From a virus (taxonomy: Duplodnaviria > Heunggongvirae > Uroviricota > Caudoviricetes): a stretch of DNA of 22,541 nucleotides. The stretch is taken from the IMG/VR virus record IMGVR_UViG_3300033463_000022, positions 1 through 22,541 of that record. One strand, 5' to 3'. The position numbers and the translations under genes were made by a program. The notes under the pieces were generated by a model that saw nothing but the letters and a program-made list of their open reading frames with translations, was not told the origin of the DNA and searched no databases. Below are positions 7,767-15,456 of this stretch, piece by piece. Numbering within the stretch: the first letter of the stretch is position 1; every line of letters begins with the position of its first letter.

Positions 7767-7925
7767 TTACTTCTCTGCGAAGAAGTCGTGAATCAACTTA
7801 CGCAATAATTGAGATATAGTGGTGTCATTCTACTCACAATATTTATCAAGCAGTTCACGATCTTCTGCTGTGACAGAAGTAGCAACACGCACGTTATTTT
7901 GCTTCTTTTGCTTCTCTGCTCCCAA
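7767..7925 (-). CDS. Ribbon-helix-helix (CopG/MetJ/Arc-like) DNA-binding protein, 52 aa, with in-frame TAG at codon 32
   Basis: AAGGAAG RBS, TTG start; NVRVATSVTAEDRELLDKYCE(TAG)NDTTISQLLRKLIHDF matches the RHH strand-helix-helix pattern. Confidence 0.8.
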
Positions 7926-7958
7926 AATAATCACTTCCTTCTACTATTCTTTAAAATT

Positions 7959-7987
7959 ATTGTAACATATTTTTCCCCTTTTGTCCA
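7959..7987 (-). promoter_or_regulatory. Promoter of the minus-strand module
   Basis: TGGACA-17 nt with TG-TACAAT on the minus strand. Confidence 0.55.
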
Positions 7988-8192
7988 ATTTTTATCCTCC
8001 TCTTTCACTTGCGGATTTCCAAAATTGGTTACCATTTTTACCAATCCACATCCTCCCAACTTCGTTCCTCCCCTTCATTCCCCACACTGTTACCCATCTT
8101 CCCTCTACCTTAATCCGCCCTCCAAATCGCTTTACTTATAATAAAAATTAAACTATAATATATATAGAAAATAAGAAAGGAACAAAACACCT

Positions 8193-8444
8193 ATGAACAT
8201 CTTCGACGAGCTTAACAACTATATTGAACTTGCAGATGGTTCAGATGGCTGGATTGACGAAGAAGACAACTGGCACGAGCTCACTAAAGAGATTGGCAAC
8301 TTCCTCTCTCGTCATTTCGAGCAATATGACGTTGAAAGAGTTACTGCTTTCGAATCCTGTGGTTGTGACGCCGGTGTCGTCTGTATGGCTTGGATTGATG
8401 ATGGAAATCTCCAGACTCATAATATTAAATGGAGGCGTACATGA
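8193..8444 (+). CDS. Hypothetical acidic protein, 83 aa
   Basis: Promoter motif and GAAAGGAA RBS. Confidence 0.7.
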   Translation: MNIFDELNNYIELADGSDGWIDEEDNWHELTKEIGNFLSRHFEQYDVERVTAFESCGCDAGVVCMAWIDDGNLQTHNIKWRRT

Positions 8445-9313
8445 AAGCAGTCAAGTCTCTGTCTGTAGTGCTAAAAAAAGTCCTCGATGAATACTTAGAG
8501 GCCGTCTGCAAACATCAATACGAAAGACTTGAATACGAAAACTTCAAGAAAATTGCTTCGATTGCTAATAACTATTGCGATACCACTATCCTATTTGGCT
8601 ATCCAGAAAATTCTAGAACCATAAAAGAAGTTGCTATACAGTATAACAATACTAAAGGCAACCGCATTCTCATTCGCAGTGAATATGCTCCCTTCATTGA
8701 CTTTTGTTGGGATAACTACTATAATCAAGAGAGAAAGGAATCTGATACTATGAAATTTCCCGCTATGAACCTCGACTTCGGCCCTGCTAAGAATGTCGCC
8801 TATTCTCCCTACGGTCTTGCCATTAAATCTGGCGATAAGTGGCTCACCTACGATACTGCAAACGAAAAGACCGTCGATGTAACAGGGTTCATTGTAGAAA
8901 TGAAGAATATGATCTACAAGATGCCTGTTGCCATCAAGGATATTAAGGCTGGCGATATCATCAATCACCAGAGTAAGGCAATGTTTGTCACTCGGGTCGA
9001 AGAGACTAAGCTCACAGTTATTGACCTCACTGCTTCTGAAGAGAAGGTCGTGATTCCTGTCAGCAACGTCTTTGGCTTCAACTTCATCACCAAAGTTGTC
9101 TCCCTTATGAATCTCAACATCGGCACTCCGAGCCCCGATCAGCCTTTCGGAAATCTCATGCCTATTATGATGCTGAGCGCGCTCTCTGATAACGAAGGAG
9201 AAGATGGCGATTTTTTCGGCAACATGGATATGAGCAAAATGATGATGCTGTCAATGATGACGGGGAATCAAAATCCGTTCGCGAATCTATTCAACTTCAA
9301 TCTTCAGAACTGA
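8441..9313 (+). CDS. Hypothetical protein with a probable separate internal start at 8750 (187-aa product)
   Basis: GGAGG RBS and ATGA overlap at 8441; an internal promoter and RBS precede the in-frame ATG 8750. Confidence 0.6.
   Translation: MKAVKSLSVVLKKVLDEYLEAVCKHQYERLEYENFKKIASIANNYCDTTILFGYPENSRTIKEVAIQYNNTKGNRILIRSEYAPFIDFCWDNYYNQERKESDTMKFPAMNLDFGPAKNVAYSPYGLAIKSGDKWLTYDTANEKTVDVTGFIVEMKNMIYKMPVAIKDIKAGDIINHQSKAMFVTRVEETKLTVIDLTASEEKVVIPVSNVFGFNFITKVVSLMNLNIGTPSPDQPFGNLMPIMMLSALSDNEGEDGDFFGNMDMSKMMMLSMMTGNQNPFANLFNFNLQN
8697..8725 (+). promoter_or_regulatory. Internal sigma70 promoter
   Basis: TTGACT (8697)-17 nt-TATAAT (8720), then GAGAAAGGAA RBS. Confidence 0.65.
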
Positions 9314-9518
9314 AAGCAAAAGAAGGACAGGTAGTATTTAATAAGGAGACTAACGAGTTCTTTATTACGGATAAAAATGGAAAGCTATTGAAAGTAGATA
9401 CGGCTGTACCGCTTAACGCCTATCCTTGTAACTATATTGTTCCAACAGATTCCATTCCTCGCGATATCTCATGGACGTCTGCGCCAAACTCCGTGAATCC
9501 TTACTACTTCTAACCTAA

Positions 9519-9549
9519 CCGGTCGGGCATTATAGCTCCGACCGGTTTT
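9519..9549 (+). terminator. Terminator-like hairpin
   Basis: CCGGTCGG-11 nt-CCGACCGG followed by TTTT. Confidence 0.6.
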
Positions 9550-9608
9550 ACTTATAATAAAAATTAAGATATAATATATATAGAAAATATGAAAGGAGAC
9601 CTTCCGCA

Positions 9609-10073
9609 ATGACGAATCTTGAAAACTATCTTACCAACTGGCTCACTTCTCGTGGTTACGAACTCGAGGTTCGTGAGTGCGATGACGAGTTCTTCTATAG
9701 CGACCCTCTTTCTCTTATCGCCGTTGCCACTTCCGCCAAGGCTGTTGATCGTTACTTCCTTCGCTTCATTGACTCTCTTGGTTGCCAGGTCTCCTTCTCC
9801 AACGCTTTTATCCCCGAGTTCCTGCATGAGCTCGGCCACAACGAGACTCTTGATGACTTCGACGAGGAAGATGATGAAGAGTATCGTGAGTTCGAACACT
9901 CTTTCGAAGGTCTTGATATGGACAACTGGGAGAATCAGCTCCTCTATATGTCCCATCCGATAGAACTCGCTGCGACCCAGTGGGCTGTCGACTACATCAA
10001 TAGCCACGTTGATGAAGTTATCGAGATGGCTAAGACTCTCAACACTATCTTCGCTGAAAGGAAGGTCGCTTAA
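9609..10073 (+). CDS. HEXXH zinc metallopeptidase-like protein (ImmA/IrrE-like)
   Basis: 'FLHELGH' plus downstream 'ELAATQWA'; own promoter and GAAAGGAG RBS. Confidence 0.6.
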   Translation: MTNLENYLTNWLTSRGYELEVRECDDEFFYSDPLSLIAVATSAKAVDRYFLRFIDSLGCQVSFSNAFIPEFLHELGHNETLDDFDEEDDEEYREFEHSFEGLDMDNWENQLLYMSHPIELAATQWAVDYINSHVDEVIEMAKTLNTIFAERKVA

Positions 10074-10444
10074 TGGACGGAGTAACAATTCTTAATACCT
10101 TTACTCAAGAAGTTACGGGATGGGGTCTTAATGCTTTTGGAACCATTTTTATAGTTCTTTGCGTTGCCAATCTCATAATAAGTTTTTACCTCGCGGTTCA
10201 TCTCGATGATCCTGCTACCGCAACAATTATCACAACCCTTGGTGTTATTTGCGGGATTGTCGGTGTTGCAATTTGTAGTCATGCTAAGGTTATTGACACC
10301 TACGAAGCCTATGAAGTAATAGTCAACGAATCAGTAAGCTTCACAGAGTTTCAATCTCGCTATGACATCTTGGAACAGAGAGGCGATATATTCGTTATAA
10401 AGGAAAAGGAAGGAAAGCTATCTGATGGTAACAATTACACATGA
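10073..10444 (+). CDS. Membrane protein with two predicted TM helices
   Basis: Two hydrophobic stretches; TAATG coupling with the upstream gene. Confidence 0.7.
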   Translation: MDGVTILNTFTQEVTGWGLNAFGTIFIVLCVANLIISFYLAVHLDDPATATIITTLGVICGIVGVAICSHAKVIDTYEAYEVIVNESVSFTEFQSRYDILEQRGDIFVIKEKEGKLSDGNNYT

Positions 10445-10625
10445 AGAGTTTAACCTCATAATTGATCAGGCATTAAACTTGGTTCCAGAAGCAAATGACG
10501 AGTTCTCCCACGGATATCGCTTAGGTGTTCATCAAGTTGCAACGGTTGGACTAAAAATACTCTATGCAAAATGCAATCAAGAGCTAATGGAACTTGCGGC
10601 CGCTCGAGATCTGGAGCGCCTTTAA
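10425..10625 (+). CDS. Hypothetical protein, 66 aa
   Basis: AAGGAAA RBS; terminator follows. Confidence 0.65.
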   Translation: MVTITHEEFNLIIDQALNLVPEANDEFSHGYRLGVHQVATVGLKILYAKCNQELMELAAARDLERL

Positions 10626-10633
10626 CCTTGCTT

Positions 10634-10664
10634 TAAGTCGCTCCTACGAGCGACTTTTCTTTTA
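10634..10664 (+). terminator. Rho-independent terminator
   Basis: AAGTCGCTC-ctac-GAGCGACTT followed by TTCTTTT. Confidence 0.75.
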
Positions 10665-10719
10665 TAAAAAAATAATATATAATATATATAGAAAATAAGA
10701 AAAGAGGTTGATAGATACT

Positions 10720-11073
10720 ATGAGCGCTTGTACAAGTGCTACTCTTCTTCGTGGTTGGAGATTCAGTTACGACGACCTCGTTGAGACATTTGGTATTACC
10801 GAGAATAACGAGGAAGAGATTCTTGATAAGCTTTATAACACGGAACATTTCTATTGTGATAACGGTTATGCTGACGTAGACTGTAAAACCTACTACCTCG
10901 GCATTATGCTCGCGGAAGTTGACATGTGGGATAACAGCATCCCCATTAATCTTGCAGGGCTTCTTGCTTCGAGCGCTGAAGATAATGAAAACCTTATCAA
11001 GCTTTGGAACTCTCTTGAAATCATTTTTCCCGCTCGAGAAATCAAAACTTGGCTCTTCCCGAGAATTACCTAA
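10720..11073 (+). CDS. Hypothetical acidic protein
   Basis: AAGAGG RBS; start may be TTG 10708 or ATG 10720. Confidence 0.65.
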   Translation: MSACTSATLLRGWRFSYDDLVETFGITENNEEEILDKLYNTEHFYCDNGYADVDCKTYYLGIMLAEVDMWDNSIPINLAGLLASSAEDNENLIKLWNSLEIIFPAREIKTWLFPRIT

Positions 11074-11088
11074 AGGAGGTTCCCACTA

Positions 11089-11319
11089 ATGGATTCTACT
11101 TCGATTACCAGAGCAGAGTTCGAAGCCATCATCCGCCAGCTCAACGATATGCCGAACGACGATGCAGATAAAGATGCAGAATGGTGGGGCGGTTGGCGCT
11201 CCGGAGTTGCTACGTGCGCCTCCATGGTCTACAAACTTATGCTTGAGAAAAGCGAAAAAGCTCTTCGAGACTTGAAAGCTGAAGACCAGTACAGACAACT
11301 TTACGGCGTCAGATTCTAA
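11089..11319 (+). CDS. Hypothetical protein, 76 aa
   Basis: AAGGAGG RBS. Confidence 0.7.
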   Translation: MDSTSITRAEFEAIIRQLNDMPNDDADKDAEWWGGWRSGVATCASMVYKLMLEKSEKALRDLKAEDQYRQLYGVRF

Positions 11320-11321
11320 AT

Positions 11322-11432
11322 GAATGGTGTAAGAAAAATAATATCCCGCTTATAAGAATCCCTTATTCTCATCTAAAAGATCTCTGTATAGATGATTTAA
11401 AACTTGAAACTTCTCAGTTTATAGTTGTATAA
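11322..11432 (+). pseudogene. Orphan C-terminal fragment of a phage Vsr/DUF559-like endonuclease
   Basis: EWCKKNNIPLIRIPYSHLKDLCIDDLKLETSQFIVV*; no start codon or RBS. Confidence 0.55.
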
Positions 11433-11453
11433 AAGAAAGGAAGTATCAATATA

Positions 11454-11801
11454 ATGGTTGCTCCTTCATTTCAATCTATGATCGTTGTTTCGGAGGTCTT
11501 CATTGAAAATGGTAAAGAGTACATCAAGGTCAAAAATCCAAAAACCGGCACCATCAGAAAATGCCGCTGGTATACCGAAAAAGAATATAAAAGCGCTTAC
11601 GGCAGCAAGAGCAAAGATGAACCAGTAAAGTTTACCGACGAGCAGAAAAAGTTCTGGTATCCTGCGGAAGTGAGGTCACTAGAGGTTTCAGGCACGAATC
11701 CTCGCACCCTCAAAGCTACGGTTGCCGCAGATCCTCGTATAATCAATGTTCTTATGTGGCAAGCCTATGGCGCAAAAATGCAAGCAGAGAAAGGAGCTTA
11801 A
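11454..11801 (+). CDS. Hypothetical protein, 115 aa
   Basis: GAAAGGAAG RBS; basic, aromatic-rich. Confidence 0.7.
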   Translation: MVAPSFQSMIVVSEVFIENGKEYIKVKNPKTGTIRKCRWYTEKEYKSAYGSKSKDEPVKFTDEQKKFWYPAEVRSLEVSGTNPRTLKATVAADPRIINVLMWQAYGAKMQAEKGA

Positions 11802-11804
11802 TCT

Positions 11805-11972
11805 ATGATGTTAAACGCATTACTCTTGACAGCAGCATCCCTAGTTATGGTATATAATACCATAATCTATGAGGGTATAACTCGTGCCGTAGCTGGTTGC
11901 GCGACTATTCTCATAATTGATCTGGCTATCCAAGCTTGGCGTGATTACTTCGACAGTAAGAGAGGTCTTTAA
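11805..11972 (+). CDS. 55-aa membrane miniprotein
   Basis: AAAGGAG RBS; two hydrophobic segments; not in the ORF track. Confidence 0.6.
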   Translation: MMLNALLLTAASLVMVYNTIIYEGITRAVAGCATILIIDLAIQAWRDYFDSKRGL

Positions 11973-11973
11973 T

Positions 11974-12201
11974 ATGTCCGGCATCGAACTCGCACGCCAG
12001 AAGCTTAATCTCAGCAAGGAATATGTAAGGAGAGCCACGGGTTACCGCGGCTCTGGTCGTCCTACTATGTCAGAGCTTGCTTCTCTATGCGTTCTTTTTG
12101 GTTTATCGGCGGAGGAGCTATTAAAGGATTATCCAATTCTAACGGAAGACGAGCGAGTTATAGAACACTTAAAGAGTTTTAAGGAAATGATGAAGCGCTA
12201 A
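11974..12201 (+). CDS. XRE/Cro-like HTH protein, 75 aa
   Basis: AGAGG RBS before ATG 11974; 'ARQKLNLSKEYV...PTMSELASLCVLFGLSAEELL' resembles a shortened XRE fold. Confidence 0.5.
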   Translation: MSGIELARQKLNLSKEYVRRATGYRGSGRPTMSELASLCVLFGLSAEELLKDYPILTEDERVIEHLKSFKEMMKR

Positions 12202-12342
12202 GTGCGGATGCCGGTCGGCTCCAGACCAAAAATCGGAAAGCTGGGGTACCGATCGGTACCCGCACTTTCCTTCTCTTGTTGAACTATTAAAAAAAATATA
12301 ATATAATATATATAGAAATGATGAAAAGAGGTTGATAGAGAA

Positions 12343-14106
12343 ATGTTCGATCCTCACGGCTTGACAGAGCATGATTTGACAATGATAAAAGATTATATCG
12401 ACAAATATGGCAGCGACGAAAATAATAGAGTCTCTCTCTGTATTCCCATTGAGGACTATCTTTCTGCTTGGAGCAAGGAGAAGTCTACCATTTATGATAT
12501 CTTCGGAAAGAATCTCATTCTCCGTGAGAGAGTCTCTTTCACTGCGGGAGAAGAAGAGCTTGAAAGAAACATGGAAGAGGATTTCTTTAATTGCTATGAA
12601 GAAGGTCTGAACGGCTTCTGTGGCGATGTGGTCGAGCCTCTCACTCACATGCTGGTAGCAGGATTGGATCCTACCTCAAAAAAGGAAGATTATACCCACT
12701 GTTGGCTATGGCGTCGTTCCCATCCAATCGAGGCTGCCTATATCTCCAATGTGACTAATGAACTCCGCAATATTGAAACCTTTGTAAAGAATGCCTATCC
12801 CGAAAAGGTAACTCTTGGCTATAAGCTTGATGATATCAAGGTGCCTGTTATCTCTGCGGGGCAAAAGCCTTTCAAAGTTATCAATGCCCTTATCTCGGCT
12901 TTTGAAAAAGCGGTCCAGTCTCGTCAGCCCGATATATTCACGCCCGAATTCTTCTCCACTCTAAAGAGTCGGATTGAACGTTATCGCATCAAGCACTCTC
13001 AGGCACTCAACGGCACTACTCTCTTTGGCAATCTCTGTCTCTCTATCCATCCTCTTGATTTCATTACCGCAAGCGATAATACCTATGATTGGGAAAGCTG
13101 CATGACATGGACTAGAGGCGATCCCGGCGAGTATAGACTTGGCACTGTCGAAATGATGAACTCTCCTATCGTCATTGTCGCTTACCTCGAAGGTGACCGT
13201 CCCTTTCACCCTTTCGAAGATGATAGGACTTGGTCTAATAAAAAGTGGAGAGAGTTTTTTATCTTTGATAGGGACGTTATCTCCACTATTAGAAGCTATC
13301 CTTATGAATCTCCGAGCCTTGAAAAGATAATTCTCGAAAAGCTTGCGGATCTCGCTCACCAGTACGGTTGGCCTGCCTACAATCCGATTGCGCGAAACCG
13401 CAATCCTATTATCAACGGTCATGATTCCTTCTTCGAAACAGAAATGATGTATAACGATGCTCAGTATTATGAGTCCTCTTATATGGAATCTTCTGAGCCT
13501 ACGGGGCATTTCCCTCTCTGTGGTCCAGAAGGATTTGAGATGTATAGAATAAACTACAGCGGTGTATGTATTTGCCCCATATGCGGCAAGGTATTCACCA
13601 GAGACAACAACGAAGCCGATGTTATTGTCTGCGAAGAGTGCGAAGATATCTCTCGCTGTCCTGGGTGTAACGCAAGAATCATGCCTTATGACGTAGAGGA
13701 TGAAGAAGTATTTGATATTGGCGGGCAATGCTGGTGCAATAATTGTGCTGCTCTTTGTGACATATGCGGAGAGGCGCATCCTAACAGCGATATGAGCAGT
13801 CTTATTACTTGCGTGCAGTTTGAGAATACGTGCCTTAGAGAGAAGAATTTCATAGAAGGACTATGGGTACACGTTTGCAGCGACTGTAGAGAGAAAATCA
13901 AGTCTAGCATTAAGGAGCTAGAAGTCGAAATTAATGATCGTCGTATCTGGGCAGTAAAGGGATCGGAGTATATCTCGCCAGATATAGAAGAACCATATTA
14001 CTCTAAACTTCGTCGTCGAGTTATTGAAACTTGGCAGAATTCGGATTTTGACTCCGGCGTAATCATCAATCCGCAAGACCTAGAATCCGCAAGGAAAATT
14101 TCTTGA
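12343..14106 (+). CDS. 587-aa uncharacterised protein with C-terminal CxxC zinc ribbons; paralog of 16464 gene
   Basis: Core 'LSIHPLDFITASDN..WESC'; several CxxC pairs; promoter motif and AAGAGG RBS. Confidence 0.75.
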   Translation: MFDPHGLTEHDLTMIKDYIDKYGSDENNRVSLCIPIEDYLSAWSKEKSTIYDIFGKNLILRERVSFTAGEEELERNMEEDFFNCYEEGLNGFCGDVVEPLTHMLVAGLDPTSKKEDYTHCWLWRRSHPIEAAYISNVTNELRNIETFVKNAYPEKVTLGYKLDDIKVPVISAGQKPFKVINALISAFEKAVQSRQPDIFTPEFFSTLKSRIERYRIKHSQALNGTTLFGNLCLSIHPLDFITASDNTYDWESCMTWTRGDPGEYRLGTVEMMNSPIVIVAYLEGDRPFHPFEDDRTWSNKKWREFFIFDRDVISTIRSYPYESPSLEKIILEKLADLAHQYGWPAYNPIARNRNPIINGHDSFFETEMMYNDAQYYESSYMESSEPTGHFPLCGPEGFEMYRINYSGVCICPICGKVFTRDNNEADVIVCEECEDISRCPGCNARIMPYDVEDEEVFDIGGQCWCNNCAALCDICGEAHPNSDMSSLITCVQFENTCLREKNFIEGLWVHVCSDCREKIKSSIKELEVEINDRRIWAVKGSEYISPDIEEPYYSKLRRRVIETWQNSDFDSGVIINPQDLESARKIS

Positions 14107-14166
14107 CGAAAAGAAAAAAATATCTTATAATATAATTACAAAATAAAAGAAAGGAATATTCCAATT

Positions 14167-14583
14167 ATGAACACCACGAAGAAAGTTACGAAGAAAGTCT
14201 GCTATTCCACCATTGCCGAGCTTGTTAAGTATGCCGAGTCTCAGGGCGTCGGCCTGCCCGACGGCGTTACCTACGATGGTCTGAACGAGTTTGTCGATCA
14301 TGAGATCGAGCTTCTCGATAAAAAGGCTGCCGCTGCCGCTGAGCGTGCTGCCAATAAGAAGGTTGAGGGTGACGCTCTCCGCGAGAAGGTCCTTAGTGTT
14401 GTAACCGACAAGTTCCAGACTGTCACTGAGATCACCAATGCGGTTAGCGATCCCGAGGTTTCTCCGGCGATGGTCACTGCACGACTCAGCCAACTCGCTA
14501 AGAATGGACAGGTTGTGCGTGAACAGCAGACCTTTAGTGGCGAGGGTAAGAGCCGCAAGCTCAGCGTTTACAAGCTGGCGTAA
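14167..14583 (+). CDS. Putative winged-helix DNA-binding protein, paralog of 1957..2346
   Basis: HEIELLDKK vs HEVELLTRK; both end in (Y/F)KLA*; TTGACG-17-TATAAT promoter. Confidence 0.65.
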   Translation: MNTTKKVTKKVCYSTIAELVKYAESQGVGLPDGVTYDGLNEFVDHEIELLDKKAAAAAERAANKKVEGDALREKVLSVVTDKFQTVTEITNAVSDPEVSPAMVTARLSQLAKNGQVVREQQTFSGEGKSRKLSVYKLA

Positions 14584-14595
14584 TCCACACTCTTC

Positions 14596-14627
14596 GAAGG
14601 GAGAGGGAATTTTCCCTCTCCCTTTCT
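14596..14627 (+). terminator. Hairpin terminator
   Basis: GAAGGGAGAGGG-aatttt-CCCTCTCCCTTT. Confidence 0.6.
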
Positions 14628-14648
14628 TCCGTAGGGAGGTAACACCAT

Positions 14649-15413
14649 ATGCTCTTTTGCGTAAGCTATCAGTCGTCTCATAAGCAAGAGGCAGACGAAA
14701 TCAAGTGTCCTTGGAATCAGCTTGGACTCATATGGGGTATGATAAAAGATAATCCCGAAAAGCGATATATCATTTCGCTAGATGAAGTAACCGATCATGC
14801 GATTAAAGAAATAGATTTAGTGAAGGAAACAGGTTGTGACTACTCGGTTGCGTGCGGCAACCTCTCGTCACTACATACCATGCTCAATAAAGGCTACAAG
14901 GCATACTGGGATGTGCCAATATGCGATTGGGATACCTTTAACTCTCTTAAAGAGCTTAGAGTGACAGATATTTGGGTTGACGGGTCCATATGCTTTGATG
15001 GTACAAACCTATCACTCGTACGAGAAGAGGTAAAACTCCGCGTCTCTCCGTCCTACTCCCCGAATATCATAGTTTTTGGCGCGGCCGCTAACTCTTTCTT
15101 CATTCGTCCAGAAGATACCAAATTTTACGAAGATATATTTACCACCTATGATTTTAACGCTCCTACACAAGATGCCGAAGACGCACTCTTTAACATCTAT
15201 AAGCGCGGCTATTTTGATGCCTATATTGACTCTTTAATTCCAAGCCTTCCGCACCATATTATCAATACGCTCATCGCCGATGAGTTTGCCATATCAAGAC
15301 TTGATTGTCGACAGTTATGCAAGATCCCCAATCGTCATTGCGGATACTGCAAGCATTATTTAGATTTTGTCGCGACTGCTACCGACTACTTTCAGAGTAC
15401 TGAGACTACTTGA
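14649..15413 (+). CDS. Hypothetical protein, 254 aa
   Basis: GGGAGG RBS; long open frame. Confidence 0.75.
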   Translation: MLFCVSYQSSHKQEADEIKCPWNQLGLIWGMIKDNPEKRYIISLDEVTDHAIKEIDLVKETGCDYSVACGNLSSLHTMLNKGYKAYWDVPICDWDTFNSLKELRVTDIWVDGSICFDGTNLSLVREEVKLRVSPSYSPNIIVFGAAANSFFIRPEDTKFYEDIFTTYDFNAPTQDAEDALFNIYKRGYFDAYIDSLIPSLPHHIINTLIADEFAISRLDCRQLCKIPNRHCGYCKHYLDFVATATDYFQSTETT

Positions 15414-15456
15414 AAGTAGTCATTTTTTATGTTATTATATATTTATATAAAGGAGT

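Noticed and set aside
12169-14558. Antisense ORFs 12169..12648, 12961..13779, 13686..13910, 14125..14493, 14298..14558
   Set aside because: Shadow ORFs opposite strongly supported plus-strand genes
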